Shown piece by piece: positions 39,804 to 53,889 of a stretch of DNA of 64,000 bases. The stretch spans positions 72,726,001-72,790,000 of the forward strand of contig JAGIQG010000006.1 of assembly GCA_024679065.1 (NCBI GenBank), written 5' to 3'. This DNA is from Sphyrna mokarran (taxonomy: Eukaryota). The notes beneath the pieces were generated by a model. That model worked only from the letters and a program-made list of their open reading frames with translations. It ran no database searches and was not told where the DNA came from. The translations under genes were made by a program, and so were the position numbers. Each line of letters opens with the position of its first letter. Position 1 is the first letter of the stretch.

Positions 39804-41759
39804 TGCTTATGATTGACCCAGCAATAGCAAGACATTTTGAACAGATTGCAATTCAGGTAAATAAACTTCCCATTCATTTCTGTGTAAACCAGAGAAGTTA
39901 GGCTCAACTTTCCAGGGCATCACAGGTCAAAAAATGGACTGACTTTCCAAGAAATCACCTTATGTGTGTGAGAACTCAAATAAACAGATATTATCTGAAT
40001 TATACTTCTCATTATTACTAAACAGCCTCTGTATTGCTGAAAATGATATTTTATCTTCAATTTCAGTGACTTTGATATGTAGGTTACTATGAACTTCCAT
40101 TAACCAGTACACCATCTGCTCTCTCTCTCTATTTTGATGTCCTTATTGCAATCAAAACATGTTTTGTTTTATTCTTCCTCTACGATGCTTCCAGTTATAG
40201 GGAAATAAAACACATCAATTCATGCCCCAGAGTCTCAAGTTGAATGATTGAGCAGCCAGCCTGCTTAAAGGTAAAAGGTACAATTCTAGGCAATTAGATG
40301 CTTTACAATACTTCAATATTAACCAGTGAAGACATCTATAATAAATTGAACAATGTATTTAAGTTAACACTGCTTCTCCACCTGATGACTAAGATTGATA
40401 TGCTGATTGAATTTTATATCGTTCTTTTATTTCATTCTCTCCCCCACCCAATCTCTCGGTATTTGTTGATCACCAGTAACTTCTAATTGGCCATATTTTA
40501 GGGAGCCAGTAAAAATTAAAGCTAATATAGGCCTAATGCAAATTGATGCACTCTCTGCCGTCGCTGTGGGCACTGAGCTGAATTTATCTTCTGGGCAACT
40601 GCCCATTCATGCCACCTGGTAGAAAGGTCAGAGGACTATGGGCCTCATTGAAATAGGTGTCCTGAAGTTCACCAGATTCAAGCTACTTCAATGTCTGGCA
40701 ATCCCAGTAGCAATGAAATGTCAGGTGGGGCAATGATTGTTGGGGAAGAGAAGTTGGATAGCAACAGTTCAAATAAAAGGACAATGTTTTCTGACCCCTT
40801 TAAAACTTAGATTTCATGAAACGGACCAGGACACAGCACACAGTTCTGCCTTAAATGGTAATCAGGGTTTCATGTGCATCATGGAACCTGAATTTGCATA
40901 ACAAGCCGGCCTTTTGTGGCTGCCTTGTGATTGGCTCCTCAAAAAGAAATGGCAGTGTGAATATAGCGTTTGCATCAATGGTGTGGCAATCTTACTGCTC
41001 TCGTTAGAAAAATGTTATTGCTCTATTATCATAATTTTTTGGAAATTAAAATATAAAATTTAATTTAGGACTTTGTATAATAAAATATTTGAAAGAAAAA
41101 TTTGATAGTGGGTTTTTGGTAGTGAAAGACCCCTAAAGAATGTATGGCACAATAATTTCCTCCTGACAATTTTCCAAACATTGGTGACTTCTTCATTTGC
41201 TTGGAATTGAGAAAATAAACTTAGCTTTTCTCCGTGCACAGCAGCTGCATAGCATGATGAGACATCCCATAAATTCTGAAAATTGGTTCACGTTCCAATT
41301 CAAGATGAGTCTTTAATCGTGTATAACAAGACTGGAATATAGAGCAACTTGTTTGTGAGTAACAGAAAGGGAAAATATGCCCAGCTGTCTGGAGTTCATG
41401 ATCCTTATTGTGGCTGAATGTCATTTAAAATGAATGTTTTGCATATAATTGTCATAATCAGAGGAATTGTCAAAAGGTGAATGGCCCTTGACAGTATATT
41501 TTAAGAATTTGGGAGCTTCTATGCCCAATAATGATCCAACTATTGTACAACAGACTTTTAATAGTGAAAAGGCCATTCATATTTTGGATAGATTGCTTTT
41601 TAACTGTTTTCAATGTATCCATGTCATATATTCCATTTGTTATATCTGACCTGAAATTATCAATGTCTGTCAATGCATATGCAATTATTTTGAATTTCCT
41701 CTGAGAAAGACCAGAGGAAGGTCTCTGTTTGGATGTTTTATATTCAAGTGTTTCAAAGT

Positions 41760-43222
41760 GTCCACCTGATATTTATAGTGGCCATCTTATGTTCATCTTA
41801 AAGATCAAGTGCTCCAAAGGCACTTGGATGAAGATGAAAGAGGTGGCCAGGAACAATTTCTGGTGGCCAGGCATTGACTTCCAGATCAAGCAGAAGGAAC
41901 CTGCTTGCAGATCTTCTTCTGTGGTGTGGAAAACACTGCTATTGTTACTCCTCCGCCCATGGGAATGGCTTGAAGCTCCTTGGCAAAAAATCCATGTAGA
42001 CTTCACAGATCCAGTGGAGAGAAAGATGCTATTGGTGAAGATTGACATCCACTTGAAATAGCCAGAAGTGGTAATTATGAAGTTGGAAGTCCACAGAGGT
42101 GACTATAGAGTAACTCTGAGTTATTTGCTTGATTTGGAACCCATGATCCAATTGGGCTACAGTTTGTGGACTATCTCAAAACCAGGGAGTCCAGAAGATG
42201 AAGTCAGTGCCACACCATCCTGCAACAAATGGCCAGGCCAAAAGGTTTGGCCAGATCTTAAAACAAGCCCTTATGGTTTCCAAAGGGGAGGAGTCTCTTG
42301 GAAGGCAAGTGAATCGATTCTTAAGCACATATAACACACTTCATATGATGATCCAAGATTCCCCAGCATCATTGAGGTTTGGCTGCAGATTGAGGACCAT
42401 CTTTGATCTGATGCAGATGGAGGAGACACAAGAAGCAGTAACAAACAACCAAGAAGGGCAGATGGCCTGTAGAGGGAAAGGCAAAAGTTTGGGAAGGGAT
42501 AAACCATGTCTGCGAGGAACTATACGATGGGAGAAAAATGGATTCCTGCAATAGATGTGGCCTCAACAGGGTCAATTTCATACATTGTTCAGACCAGGAC
42601 GAATGGGTCTGGAGGAGATCCAGCTGGTGGTTGCTCCACATCAAAGCAGGGAAGTCCTCTTTGATATGGGAATGTTTCTAGTAGAGCCTGAATAATTGAC
42701 TGAGTCTTGTGTTCCTGACACTAAGGGAGTTCTGACCAGAGAGAAAGCATCAACAGAAGCTACTGATGACAATAACCAAGCAAGAGAGGAAGTTTCAGAG
42801 CTTTCAAAAATGCAGGGAAGAACACTTAAGAAGACCTCAAATGAGACATTCAACGAGCAACCAGAGTTCTCCAGATAGACGATTATGTCAATGTAGACTT
42901 TGTAATGGACATTAATATTGCCATTCACACTTGATGTTCGTTATGTTTTGTATATTTATTGAACAATTCAATTATGTGTTAAAAATGTATGCATGTCACG
43001 TAGGGGGTTTAGAAGCAAGAGGAAAGAAGTATTATGTATGTTGGGGCATGCCCCTTTTAAGGGAATGGGTCAGGTGATCTGTGACTCAAACCTACCTTGG
43101 ATGGAGCTTGCAGGGACAGTCTTGTGCTGATTGTGCTTGGGGAATAGTTATAATAAATTATTTCATTAGTTAACTATTGCTGACCTTTATTAGTCTTCAA
43201 TATCATATCTCAAACATCATAA
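41760..43222 (+). mobile_element. Decayed Gypsy element: integrase, PPT and short 3' LTR (about 43039-43222)
   Basis: KMKEVARNNFWWPGID, PWEWLEAPWQKIHVDF and PHHPATNGQAKRF; purine tract then tattatgtatg..gccccttttaaggg..aataaa. Confidence 0.85.
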
Positions 43223-46200
43223 TGACTTGCTGAAATTTGCCACATTCAGTTAGATGGCATGTCAGTTTTCTTCCAAGATGTACAGCACTAGCATTGTAAT
43301 TGTTGCCAAGTATCATCTCCCTAACTGTACTATTCAGGCTTTTTTGATTTATGCTTTATTTCTGTCGCTACTGCTTTTAGTAAGACTAAAAAGTAAGAGG
43401 CAATCTGGCAACCATGAACTTCAAACATACTCAGTTGTGTCTCTCTAAATTAAAAGCATTTCTTTAGCACCACAAGAGCATGACTTTCTATGTAGTCAAT
43501 TTAATTTTTTAGTGGCAGAAACATTCCTTCAAGGGTCTGAAATGCCAATATCTCTCAACTGATTATTGTTGTTGTCCTTGAAATACCAAACAGTTGTTAC
43601 ACATGTGACCTAGCATGATTATTCTACTGGCATAATTTTCCTGGATTGCTTTGCACACTATTCTGTGATGTGTTATTACACACGTGTTATAATTGTACCT
43701 CTAGCGTTGTGAAATATTTCAATCAGTTTCAGGGTTCCAATGTTTTCTAATTTTGCTACTACCATCTAATCACCAATATTTTAATACTGCTAAAACATTG
43801 ATGAGCCTAGAGCAAATTTGTATAGCAATGCCAAGTGCAACTTCTTTTTAAAAGGAATATGAGCGTTTTCCAGAAATGTTTAGAGACAGTTCTATATAAC
43901 ATCATTGTCATGGGTAGAAGTGAGAATAAATATAATTATTATCCCCTTCCCTACCCCTAACCCCTGGCCAAGACCAGAAAATCCCACCTGAGCTCCACAG
44001 AGCTTTAAATGATCTGCTGAATATTCTGTCTTGCCCGTTAATGATTCCTGCAACAGGTGGTAGAGGAAATTTGCAGCCCACAAGTGGGTCTCCTATGTGA
44101 CTTTTGGAGAATTGGTAGAACTCAACTAAGTTTGTGCTAATCTTGGGGGCATGTCGTGTGATAGTTTTGAAACTGATCTTTTTATTGGAATAGATGAGTT
44201 GATTCTTTTCAATAGAATATGATTCAAGCAAAATGAAATTGAGGGAAAGAACTTGGGCAAAGTTATTGGTTGATGACTGAAATACCAAGTGAAATTGATC
44301 AACAAGCCAGAAGAAAATACATTACCTGATGACAAAGCCAAATGATAAGTGCAATGGTCACAATATAGACAACAATGGAAGGTACAAACCAAAATACAGA
44401 TTTTCTAATAGCTACACTTTCAACTGTTTTAACTTCAGTTGTGTCTTTCACAAAAATAACTCATTGCATTAGTTATACTAGACTAGATAAAACATCCTGC
44501 AATTTTAGCAACTGATATGATGTACAATGTTGTGTGTTCAAAGGAGACAGATTTCTGTATATAATTTAAAGAGCAACAAATGAACCATAGCAAACAAGAG
44601 CTGAACAAATTACCTTTGCATAATGAATAATGCACTTGCTATGCCTGCTTTTCTGAGCTGTGGGGTACTGCACACATGTCTGAAATGTTATTTTTCTCCA
44701 GTGCCAGCAACTATATATTCTGGCCTTTGGTCGAGCTTTTCATACCAGCCCCATGAAATTTTTTTCAGGTAGTGAATAATTTTCTGCTGGTTTAGAACAA
44801 ATCTAATGCACAGACTTTTAAAACACCTCAAGCTGTTCTAACAGAAGTCAATATGCTAGTCTAAGATCAATAATGCTTGCATTTGTCTAATTCTTTGCAG
44901 AAAAGACCAATACAACTAAGCCAATAATTGTTTTCACTATCACCAAATATATTTGATCTATATAAAGCTAAAGGTTACATCTGTAAGCTAGGTGACCTGC
45001 TATTAAAGAAGTACACGAGGTTAACAGACTGATTCAAAACTCTGCAAGCTGATTTTCTTTGTATAGACAATTGTTCATCAACCAAATATATATTATGATA
45101 GTGGTTTAACTGTTCATTTGGAACAATGCTCCACAGTAAAAAGAAAGGAGGAACATCCTCTATGAATTTATGTTCGAGCACCAAAAGAAAAAGTTCAGAG
45201 TGCAATTAAAATTCAAACTCTCAACCAGAATCATATGATAGAACTTTTACAAACTGACTATAAGGATCAATTGTTCAGTGTTTGATTATGCCTGTCTGCT
45301 GATTGCTCACTATGTAGGATTAGTTAAGCCAGGGTATTGTCATAGAAAAAGAAACTTAATTGAAGCAAAAGTTGTAAGCATGAAAGAAAGGATATTTTAA
45401 AAATCATAGTAAAATGCTTGTTATACAGTTAGAAACTGGCATATATCTCCGAGATATAAAATACAACAACTGGCGATGAGGATGGGATGAAGCAAAGTTT
45501 AAATCAGTACCTTTCTTCTTTTCACTGGCTCATCCAGTCATGCCGTGGGATTGATGGGTCCAAGATCTACTTGCTCATCACAGATGGATAGTGTCAATAT
45601 AGTAGTGATTCGCAAAATGCTTCTCAAGTTGTCTCACACCAGAGTACCAATGAATATTTGAACAGCTCATGGAAAACATGTGATTTGATAAGGCAACAAG
45701 TACCCTTGAAGAGACCTCAGCAGTCACAGCAGTGCATGGTCGCTCATGTTCATATACCCTTAAAACTCTGCCCAAATTAATGCTCATTGATGCACAGCGT
45801 TGTCCAGCTTGAGAGAAAAATTTGTCCTGATACCACCCTCCAGGCTGACCACCGCACCGGCTAATCCCCAATTGCAAAGTGTACAGCCCACCCCCCTGCC
45901 TCGAGCCCATCACCTTAAGCTTTTGTCCACTTCAGTCTCCATTCCTCACCTTCAGCATCACTCCTTAGTACTGCCTGCTGCCTGGTGGGCAATGCAAAGA
46001 TCCCAGGTTGGCACAGCCCAAGAGACACTACTCCCCATCACATCTGGTTCCTGTTGATAGGAGACCATAGGCAATCGATTGTTAAGTAGGTGAGCCCGGA
46101 CGATTCCATCCTGGGCTCATTAATATTTAAATTCCAATTTTAATACTTATCATACTAGCTTCACAGTAGTATTGCAAGAGACAAGAAATTGGATGCAAAG

Positions 46201-47199
46201 CTGGTATTTTGCCTCTTCTGCAATGTTACCAGCTCACCATGCCGGTCAACCAACAAGACAGGCTGGTCAGATCGCCCTCAATCTGTTCAATTGTTTAATT
46301 GTTCGTGTTTGATTCTGTGTGCGTGTTGAATACTCACTATGTAATTAGTACAATGACCTACAATGATCCAAATGAGTTGGTCAGAACATCTGGTGAACTC
46401 CATTATTCTTTATTCCCTTGTTAATCCACAATATGTTAGTGATGTCAATGATTTGTTACCTGCCCAGAGTTCCAGTTTGATTGAAAGCAAGGCCTCCAGT
46501 CAGTGGTGAGCTGGTCACTGATGGCAACAATAAATCTGCAGCAGCAACAGGATGATTGGTGTGGAGGTAAGAAACTGAGGGGACTGTAGATTAGGAGGAG
46601 GGAGAAGATCAGAGGCTTTGGAGATGATAGAAGATCATTTACTCATACATGATCATGGGCAGATTGGGGACTGATTGAGGAAATTGAGGTCTGGGGCAAA
46701 GATTGATGTGAGGGGGGGGACTGGGGTGGAGGGAGGAGAGGACTTGTCTATGGAGGATCCTCTGACACTTGCCACCTGAATCCACCAATTCCTTGCCTTG
46801 TGCAAATTGTTAGATTATTAAACACTTGGAAACACAGTTATTTAATTTGCTGGTGGAGTGATGCATTTCATCTAGAGAGGCTGTCACCTGACTCCAGTAG
46901 TTCCTTCAAATTTATTTAATTGCACGATGTACATGATGAAGTGTTAAGTAGGCAAATCTGGTGTGCAGAGTCTCTAACACATGCCTGCTAGTGTAACTGT
47001 TGCATTGTTGTTTACATCACTTATTACTGTAACTATTACACATGCCTGCTGGGGTAACTGTGACAGTTACAATGAGTGATGTAAGCTACTACATAAATAT
47101 TACATTAATCCGTTACACTACAGCAGCCAGCAACAGTTGGATTTGGCCATAATCTCTAATAATTCTGAAAAGAGAAGTGAACAAAATATAACATTTTGA

Positions 47200-47590
47200 T
47201 AGATATTGGAAAGGGAAATATTGGATAAAAGTATGGACATAGATTTGAAGTAATTGCTTGAGGATTAGAGGGAATTGAAAGGCAGTTTTTCACACGGTGA
47301 GAGTTTGGATTACACTGTTTCAAAGGGTGCTAGAGGCAAAAAAAAACCCTCTGCATTTTTTTAAAAAATGATACATATTTGAGGTGCTGTAATTTAGCTT
47401 AGGTGGTTTAAAAAAAGGCAGCATAGACAAGTTGGGCCAAAGGACCTGTTTCCATACTGCAAACCTCTACGACTATATGTAACCTACAGGTCAATGGACC
47501 AACAATGAAAAGATGAGATCTTTTCATAATTGTTTTTCAGCTGGCACAGACATGATGGACCAAATGATGCCCTTTTGTGCTATAAATCAT
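47200..47590 (+). mobile_element. Nested CR1 3' end fragments
   Basis: ttgggccaaaggacctgtttccatactg..ctctacgactatatg and gatggaccaaatgatgcccttttgtgct tails. Confidence 0.55.
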
Positions 47591-48094
47591 TGCTTCTCTG
47601 ACTGAGAAGGTAGTTTTTTTTTTCAGAAAGTAAGTGCAAGCACAAGTGCTGTAAAATTCTAATATTGAATTTCATATCAGAAGTTACAGTTAAAGGAATG
47701 CTCCAATCTGTGACAGACATCTTTCAATCTGGTAAGTGCAGTATTGTACATTTGGATCTGTGAAACTCCAGACATACAATATTATAGTGGAGTATCCACT
47801 AATGGTGTTGAAACGGAAGTGAGAGATGGGCTGCATAGTGATGTGAAAAGATGACAAGTACAACAAGGCTATTAGGATATAAATAGCTTCTGGGCTATAC
47901 TTCCTTTATACTTGTTATATATGATGTATGCATCTGTTTAGCTCCTTTGGAAAGAAAAAAGAGATCAAATTTATCTCACCTTCACAAACTCAGGATACTC
48001 CAAAGAGTTAATAAGTATTATTGAGGTGTATTTGCTGTCATAATGCAAGAAATATGGCCACTAATGTACAACACAACAAGATGTAATTTCAAAA

Positions 48095-48410
48095 CATTAG
48101 TCTTTAACACTACAGTTGGGATGCTGTCAGGAATCTTTGATATCTGCAATGTACTGAGCCATTTTTTGATGTCACTGACTCTGATGTTGGGTACCTCTTG
48201 AGGAGACTGAGGTGAATCACCCACTTGGCACTTCTGGCTGAAGTTGGTTACAAATACATCAACTTTATCTTTTCCACTGACGTGCCAAGCTCTCCCATTG
48301 TTGAGCATAGGAATATTCATGGACTGTCCTTCTCTTGTTTGTTCTTCAATTGTCTACTGCTATTTATGACAGGAAGAGGAAGGACTGTGGAGTTTTAACC
48401 TGATCTATTG
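48095..48410 (-). mobile_element. LINE (CR1/L2 group) internal fragment
   Basis: NIPMLNNG..KDKVDVFVTNFSQKCQV..DIKKWLSTL..PDSIPTVVLKT. Confidence 0.65.
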
Positions 48411-50529
48411 TCAGTTTAACACGATAAACATCCTGGAGGGCAGAGGAGCAATTATCAAACAAAATTTAGCATGAAGCAATGTAAGGAGAAATTAAGACCG
48501 GTAACCAAAAAACATCAAGAAGGAGGTACTTTATAAGGAGATTTTTTTTAAAGGAGGAGCATAAGATCATAAGAAATGGAAGCTGGAGAAACTATACAAC
48601 CCTTACAGCCCGTTCAGCAATTTGAATGTTTTTTCAGCAACTTCCCATAAGCATTATATATCTGAAGAGAGAATGAATCTGTCTGTGTATTGGTGACACT
48701 GTCTGCTTATTGCTGCTATTGCAGAGCAGTAAGTAACCAAAGTGTAAAAGCAATTGCTCCTTCATACCATACACCAGCAGCAGGATATGGTAAAGCACTC
48801 ATCCAGAAAAACCAAACCTATGCAATCATGCTCACCACTAATAACATAAAGTTTTGTCTTATCATCTAGCTTCCAGCTTGTGCTCAGAACTGCCTCTGCA
48901 CTGGTCACACACAGTGATCTGGACTCCCAGAAACAAGTAAAGTTGGAGAGAATTTGGAACAAAATTCCTGACTTTAGGACCTAGGCAACTGAAGGCATGA
49001 CTGCCAAAGGTGAAGGGATGAAAATTGGGGATACACAAGAGGGTAGAATTGGAGGAACATAGTTTTTAAACATTTGACATTAACACTTGTGATGACCTCT
49101 TGGATAGAGTAGTTCAATCAACATATTGAAATGATTTGAGAAGCAGTTGGAGTTGCAATTAATAGCAGATAAATTAAGATGGATTGAATCAAAATGCTGC
49201 CTTCATCTTGAGTTATTTGATAATTTTGTATTGGATATACAAGTGCATCTTTTAGATGTTGCACCAAAGTTTCCTTCAGTAGGGGGCAAGTCCTAGTATA
49301 ACAGAAAATTAAACTGTGGACAAGAAATCAAATTGGGAAATATTTCCTTCTTTAAAGAGAAAATGTGCAAATGCCTGCTGGAGCTAGGTAACAAATATAA
49401 TCCCTGATACCAGATTATGACTTACATTCTCCATTAATCATTATGAACCCCCAGTGTTACTATTAAATACTGTCTAAATGGAAAGCTCTTTAATCTCAGT
49501 TGACTCCTTACCAAAATTAAATTGACATATATAATCTACATAGACATATATAATCAACAGTTCACCCTCAATCGTTTCAATTCTGCTTACAAGAAACTCA
49601 GTATATCCTTGAATTTTCCGAAATTAATCTTATGTATCAAATATTATACTACCCCTCATCACCCCACCCCACCTCGCCCCCATGTATTTTAAATGAGAAA
49701 CTCTGGAACGCGTTAAGCATTTCCATTCTTTGGCAATCATCTCTCTGAAAAGGACACCATTGGTATCGAGATCTAAAATCGGATCAGTTGCATTGAATCA
49801 GCCTTTGACAAAACACTGCAGCAAGTACTAAACAAAAAAAATCTGGGCAGCTTAACAGTCCAAGTGTACAGAGGAGTTGTAGTCATACTCCTGTACTGCA
49901 GTGACTGTGTATAAGTGGCACACAAGAGTATTAGAGAAATCCCATTAGCAATGCCTCTGCTGTATCTTCCAGAATCATTGGGAGGATCTTTGAGCAAATA
50001 TTAATCTACGTCTTGAAGCCAACTTCAGAAGCATTCAGGCAAAACTCCTGCAAAAATAAGCAACCACAATGGAACCTGGCATTATATCTGGATGGCTGCA
50101 AAGCACATCTTTTGCCAACTCCTGTTTCTCAAATCTCAAATAACTAACATTCCAGGAGAAGACAACAAAAATACTTCAAAAACATTGTGAAGCTCTTCTT
50201 GAAGCACAGTCAGCAATGAGTGGGAGGAGTTCGCTCTCAATTGTTCAAAACGGTGACAATTTATCCATTAAGCTGCATCATAGTTTGTGCCATATCCTCG
50301 TGATGAAGCAGGGTGACGGGTAGAGAAAGAAAAAAAAGGAAGCTGCCCCTTACTCCAGCTCTTATTACCTATTAGGATATCCTGGTCAATATGCCCAAAG
50401 ACTTATGAGTTACGAATCAGCCTATTCAGTTACATGAAGACACATGGCAGGAAATCGCAACCCTTTGTGGATGCCGTCTTCATATTGAGAGACAGCCAAC
50501 AATGGGACCAAATTCAAATACACACTCTG

Positions 50530-50697
50530 TGTGGGATTTTCTGCCCACCAACCCCTACCCTCCAGCATGTTTTGTGACAGCAACGGCTAACCCCACTATT
50601 GGGATCTTCTTATCCTATTGGTAAACCCGTAGCGGGGTTCACTATCAGCGGGATTGGAAGATCCCACTGGTAGGAACAGGTGGAAGATTCCAGTCAA
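50530..50697. mobile_element. MITE-like element
   Basis: gggattttct...ggaagattcc termini; internal gggatcttc/gaagatccc inverted pair. Confidence 0.55.
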
Positions 50698-53600
50698 TAG
50701 ACATACTGAGAAATAAACAATGCAACCATGTTTTCTTTTCCTGGGTATGGTATTATGATCAAAGCTTCTAGAAGAAATGTATTTCTGACAAAAAAAAGAC
50801 TTGTTTTATCCTTCTGAATTTTAAGTTTTAATTTCTTAATCTCAAAATAATCTTAGCTAGCTTTTTCATGAGACACAAAGTTAGATCCAGTGTTTCAATA
50901 AATAATTGAACACACAGTATCAGCTAAAATTGTACCCTGAATCATAAATCCAAAAGCATCCTGGCAACATTTAATTAAATCATTCTGCATTTTTAACTTC
51001 ATCACAAATCTAAAAATTAACCTTAAGTAAGAGAAACCAACGAAGTTAGTTAGGGATTATACATAATCCTAATCCACATATCTATGCATACATATACAAC
51101 AAAAGTTTCATTTACTACTGACCTTTAAGGTGAAGAAATTGTTTTGATTCCTACAATCCAATAGTCCCATTATTTTTAATCATTCAGTCCAAAGAGTCAT
51201 CCTTTCAACATATCCATTAATTTGCTTTGATTATATATTTTTTCTATATTTAGCCTGTTCTGCCCAGCTTCAGCAGCAGCTCCGCCTGCCACCCAGTTTA
51301 TACCGGATATTGAGAACATGTTCTCTCTGCCTCCCAATTTCTTGCAGCAATACATTTGTGAAACTAATCACATTCTTGTTTAAGCACTACTTGAGCCCAA
51401 TCTTCATAATGATTATTACAGAGTCCCTGAGGTAAAATTATGCTTATTAAATCAATTACAACCAGTAAAATCTCATATTGCACATTCGAGTACACCACTT
51501 GATATGTGACCTAAGCCATAAGTCCGTAATTGGGTTCCTCTGTAAAGTAGGCTCCAACACAGCTATTTCCTGGGAGTAGGTGTCTTATATTTGAGAAGCT
51601 TGTCAAACCTGAACAGATATTGCCTTGTTTCCTAGCTTAGGTGTCAAGCATCATGAGTATACATAGTCTGATTCTACACTTTGCTGCAACACTTATACTT
51701 GCCCTTATATCTCTTGTGAACAGAAGGTGAATGTAATTGGCACAGTGATTCAATAGTACCTGGCTTGATAATAATGGGAAGCATGCCTGTACATTATTTT
51801 TTCATCCTTCTTAATATCTAAAGTAATAGTGTTTATTGAAGCTTTCAATGGGAAGCGACCATTATGTTTAACCATAGTCCATCAATGTCAAGTTGTCTGA
51901 CCATTGTACTCTGCATTCCAGAAACAACAGTGAGCCATATTGTACAATCATAGTTTGGTTAATAACTTTTTCAACCTTGTTCAGACTTGGTCATTATTAT
52001 AATTTTCACAATGCAGTCCAAATATTGTACATATAACTAGCAGTTGTAGTGCTACAACCATGTTACCTTCAAAGTTATAAATCATGCAATTTTTAAAAAT
52101 TGATTAATGTGTTGCCGCCTGCTACTTTATAGTTTCATTTTCTCCATGGACTGTAGTGGGAGCTGTATAGTGGGACTTGCCTTAACCAGAAATTGAAATA
52201 CCTCTCCATTTGGGTGCAAAACACAGTATCCTTTTTCCTAAAGTCTGATGTCATGATGGTGTCCCAGACATTATGTTCAAAAAGTTAACACAATCTGCTG
52301 ATTTTACTGATTAAATTGCAGTAAGTGCTTTAATGGCAGAATGCAAGGTATTATGTTTGTATGGTACAGATGTATGTTATATATGCATAAATATATCAAT
52401 GTGGATATACATGAAATATTCACTCTTTAAACTGAAGACTATGTAATATTGATGGTAAAACCAAAGACAAATTTTTATCTTTATGTTGACAATATAGTTC
52501 GATTCCATTAATGTATGCAGGCCTGTCCAATGATGTGCATACTTCATGAGAGAATAATAAGCAAAGTACCAGTGCATCAATGGCTTGCACCCACAAGAGT
52601 TCATTATCAGAGTAATTATAGTGACTGCTTTGCTCATGAATCGCGTTTTCCCAAGCCCAAATTCATCACACCTAGGATTTTGGCAGCTTTTCAGCTCAAA
52701 TGATCCCAATTGGCACCATATCTATCATTTCTCTCTTAAGGCTCACTAGCAACCACTCTTCCTATCTATTGAGCATGCCCTATAGTTAAGTCATTTAATC
52801 ACACTGCATGCAATCCACCAATTTCATTGCCTGGGTCATAAAACACATGCAAAGTTCCTGTAACTTCTTTTATCTCTTGTTTCACTTGGCTGGCCTCTGT
52901 AAAATATCCAGTTTTTTGTATTGCCTCACCCTTGCACTATAGCAGTGGTAACTATCAATTGTAACTAAGCCAGTGATAGCAATACATCCTCTAATCATTA
53001 TTGTGGCACCTCACTGTGTTTCCCTTTTAATTAATTAATTACTTTATTTTCACGTCTTAGTGTGTAAAAGTGAGCCACAAATCTGAACAAATGCTCTGTT
53101 ACTTTAATTTAACCTTTTTCTCATCACTATAGCACACTTGTTTTACGATGACCAAAATTACTTTATCAGTTATATCTATAGATTTCTTTTGAAGAGATTT
53201 CTTAATAGTTCACACAGTTACTCAAATTATTGGAGAAACAGATGCATTCAGTTTCTTATACTTTTTCCTACCTAAATGAAACCCATCTCAGACATTTGCC
53301 AATCAGAGCTTTGCCACTTTAACCAGCTTATGTTCTTGGCTGCAGCTTATAGTTTACAACATTCTCCACTAATTTTAATAAGACAAAATGCACACAATAT
53401 CTTTAGACAGCAGTGTAACAGAGAAAGAAAATGATACTATCATGACTTTTTTTTCTCCTGGGTAGACACTTCTAGTTCTTGCCAGTTCTGATCTTCTCTG
53501 AAACTTAAGATCTTAAAGTGTGCTCCTTATAAAACACTCATTGATAATTGAATATGGCATGATGATCAATCCTCTTACAAAGGATGCATTTCTTCCAAAT

Positions 53601-53889
53601 AAATCAACAGATGCTACTTGTTTTAATCCTGCTGATCATTTATTTCATTCGTTATCTCAAAACTGCTTGAATAACTGCTTCACAAAACACTAATCTGACA
53701 TCCTGTGCTTCAATCAACACTTGAATTCTCAATGTCAGCTAAAATTGCACCCTGACTCATCAAACCAGGAAGAGTCCTGAGAATTAACAACTTTTAACTC
53801 ATTCTCTAGGTATTTACAATTGTAGTACAACTTGGCAAACTAAATACAAATAACAGCAACTAAAACCTTGATATGAAATTAAATTTCAT

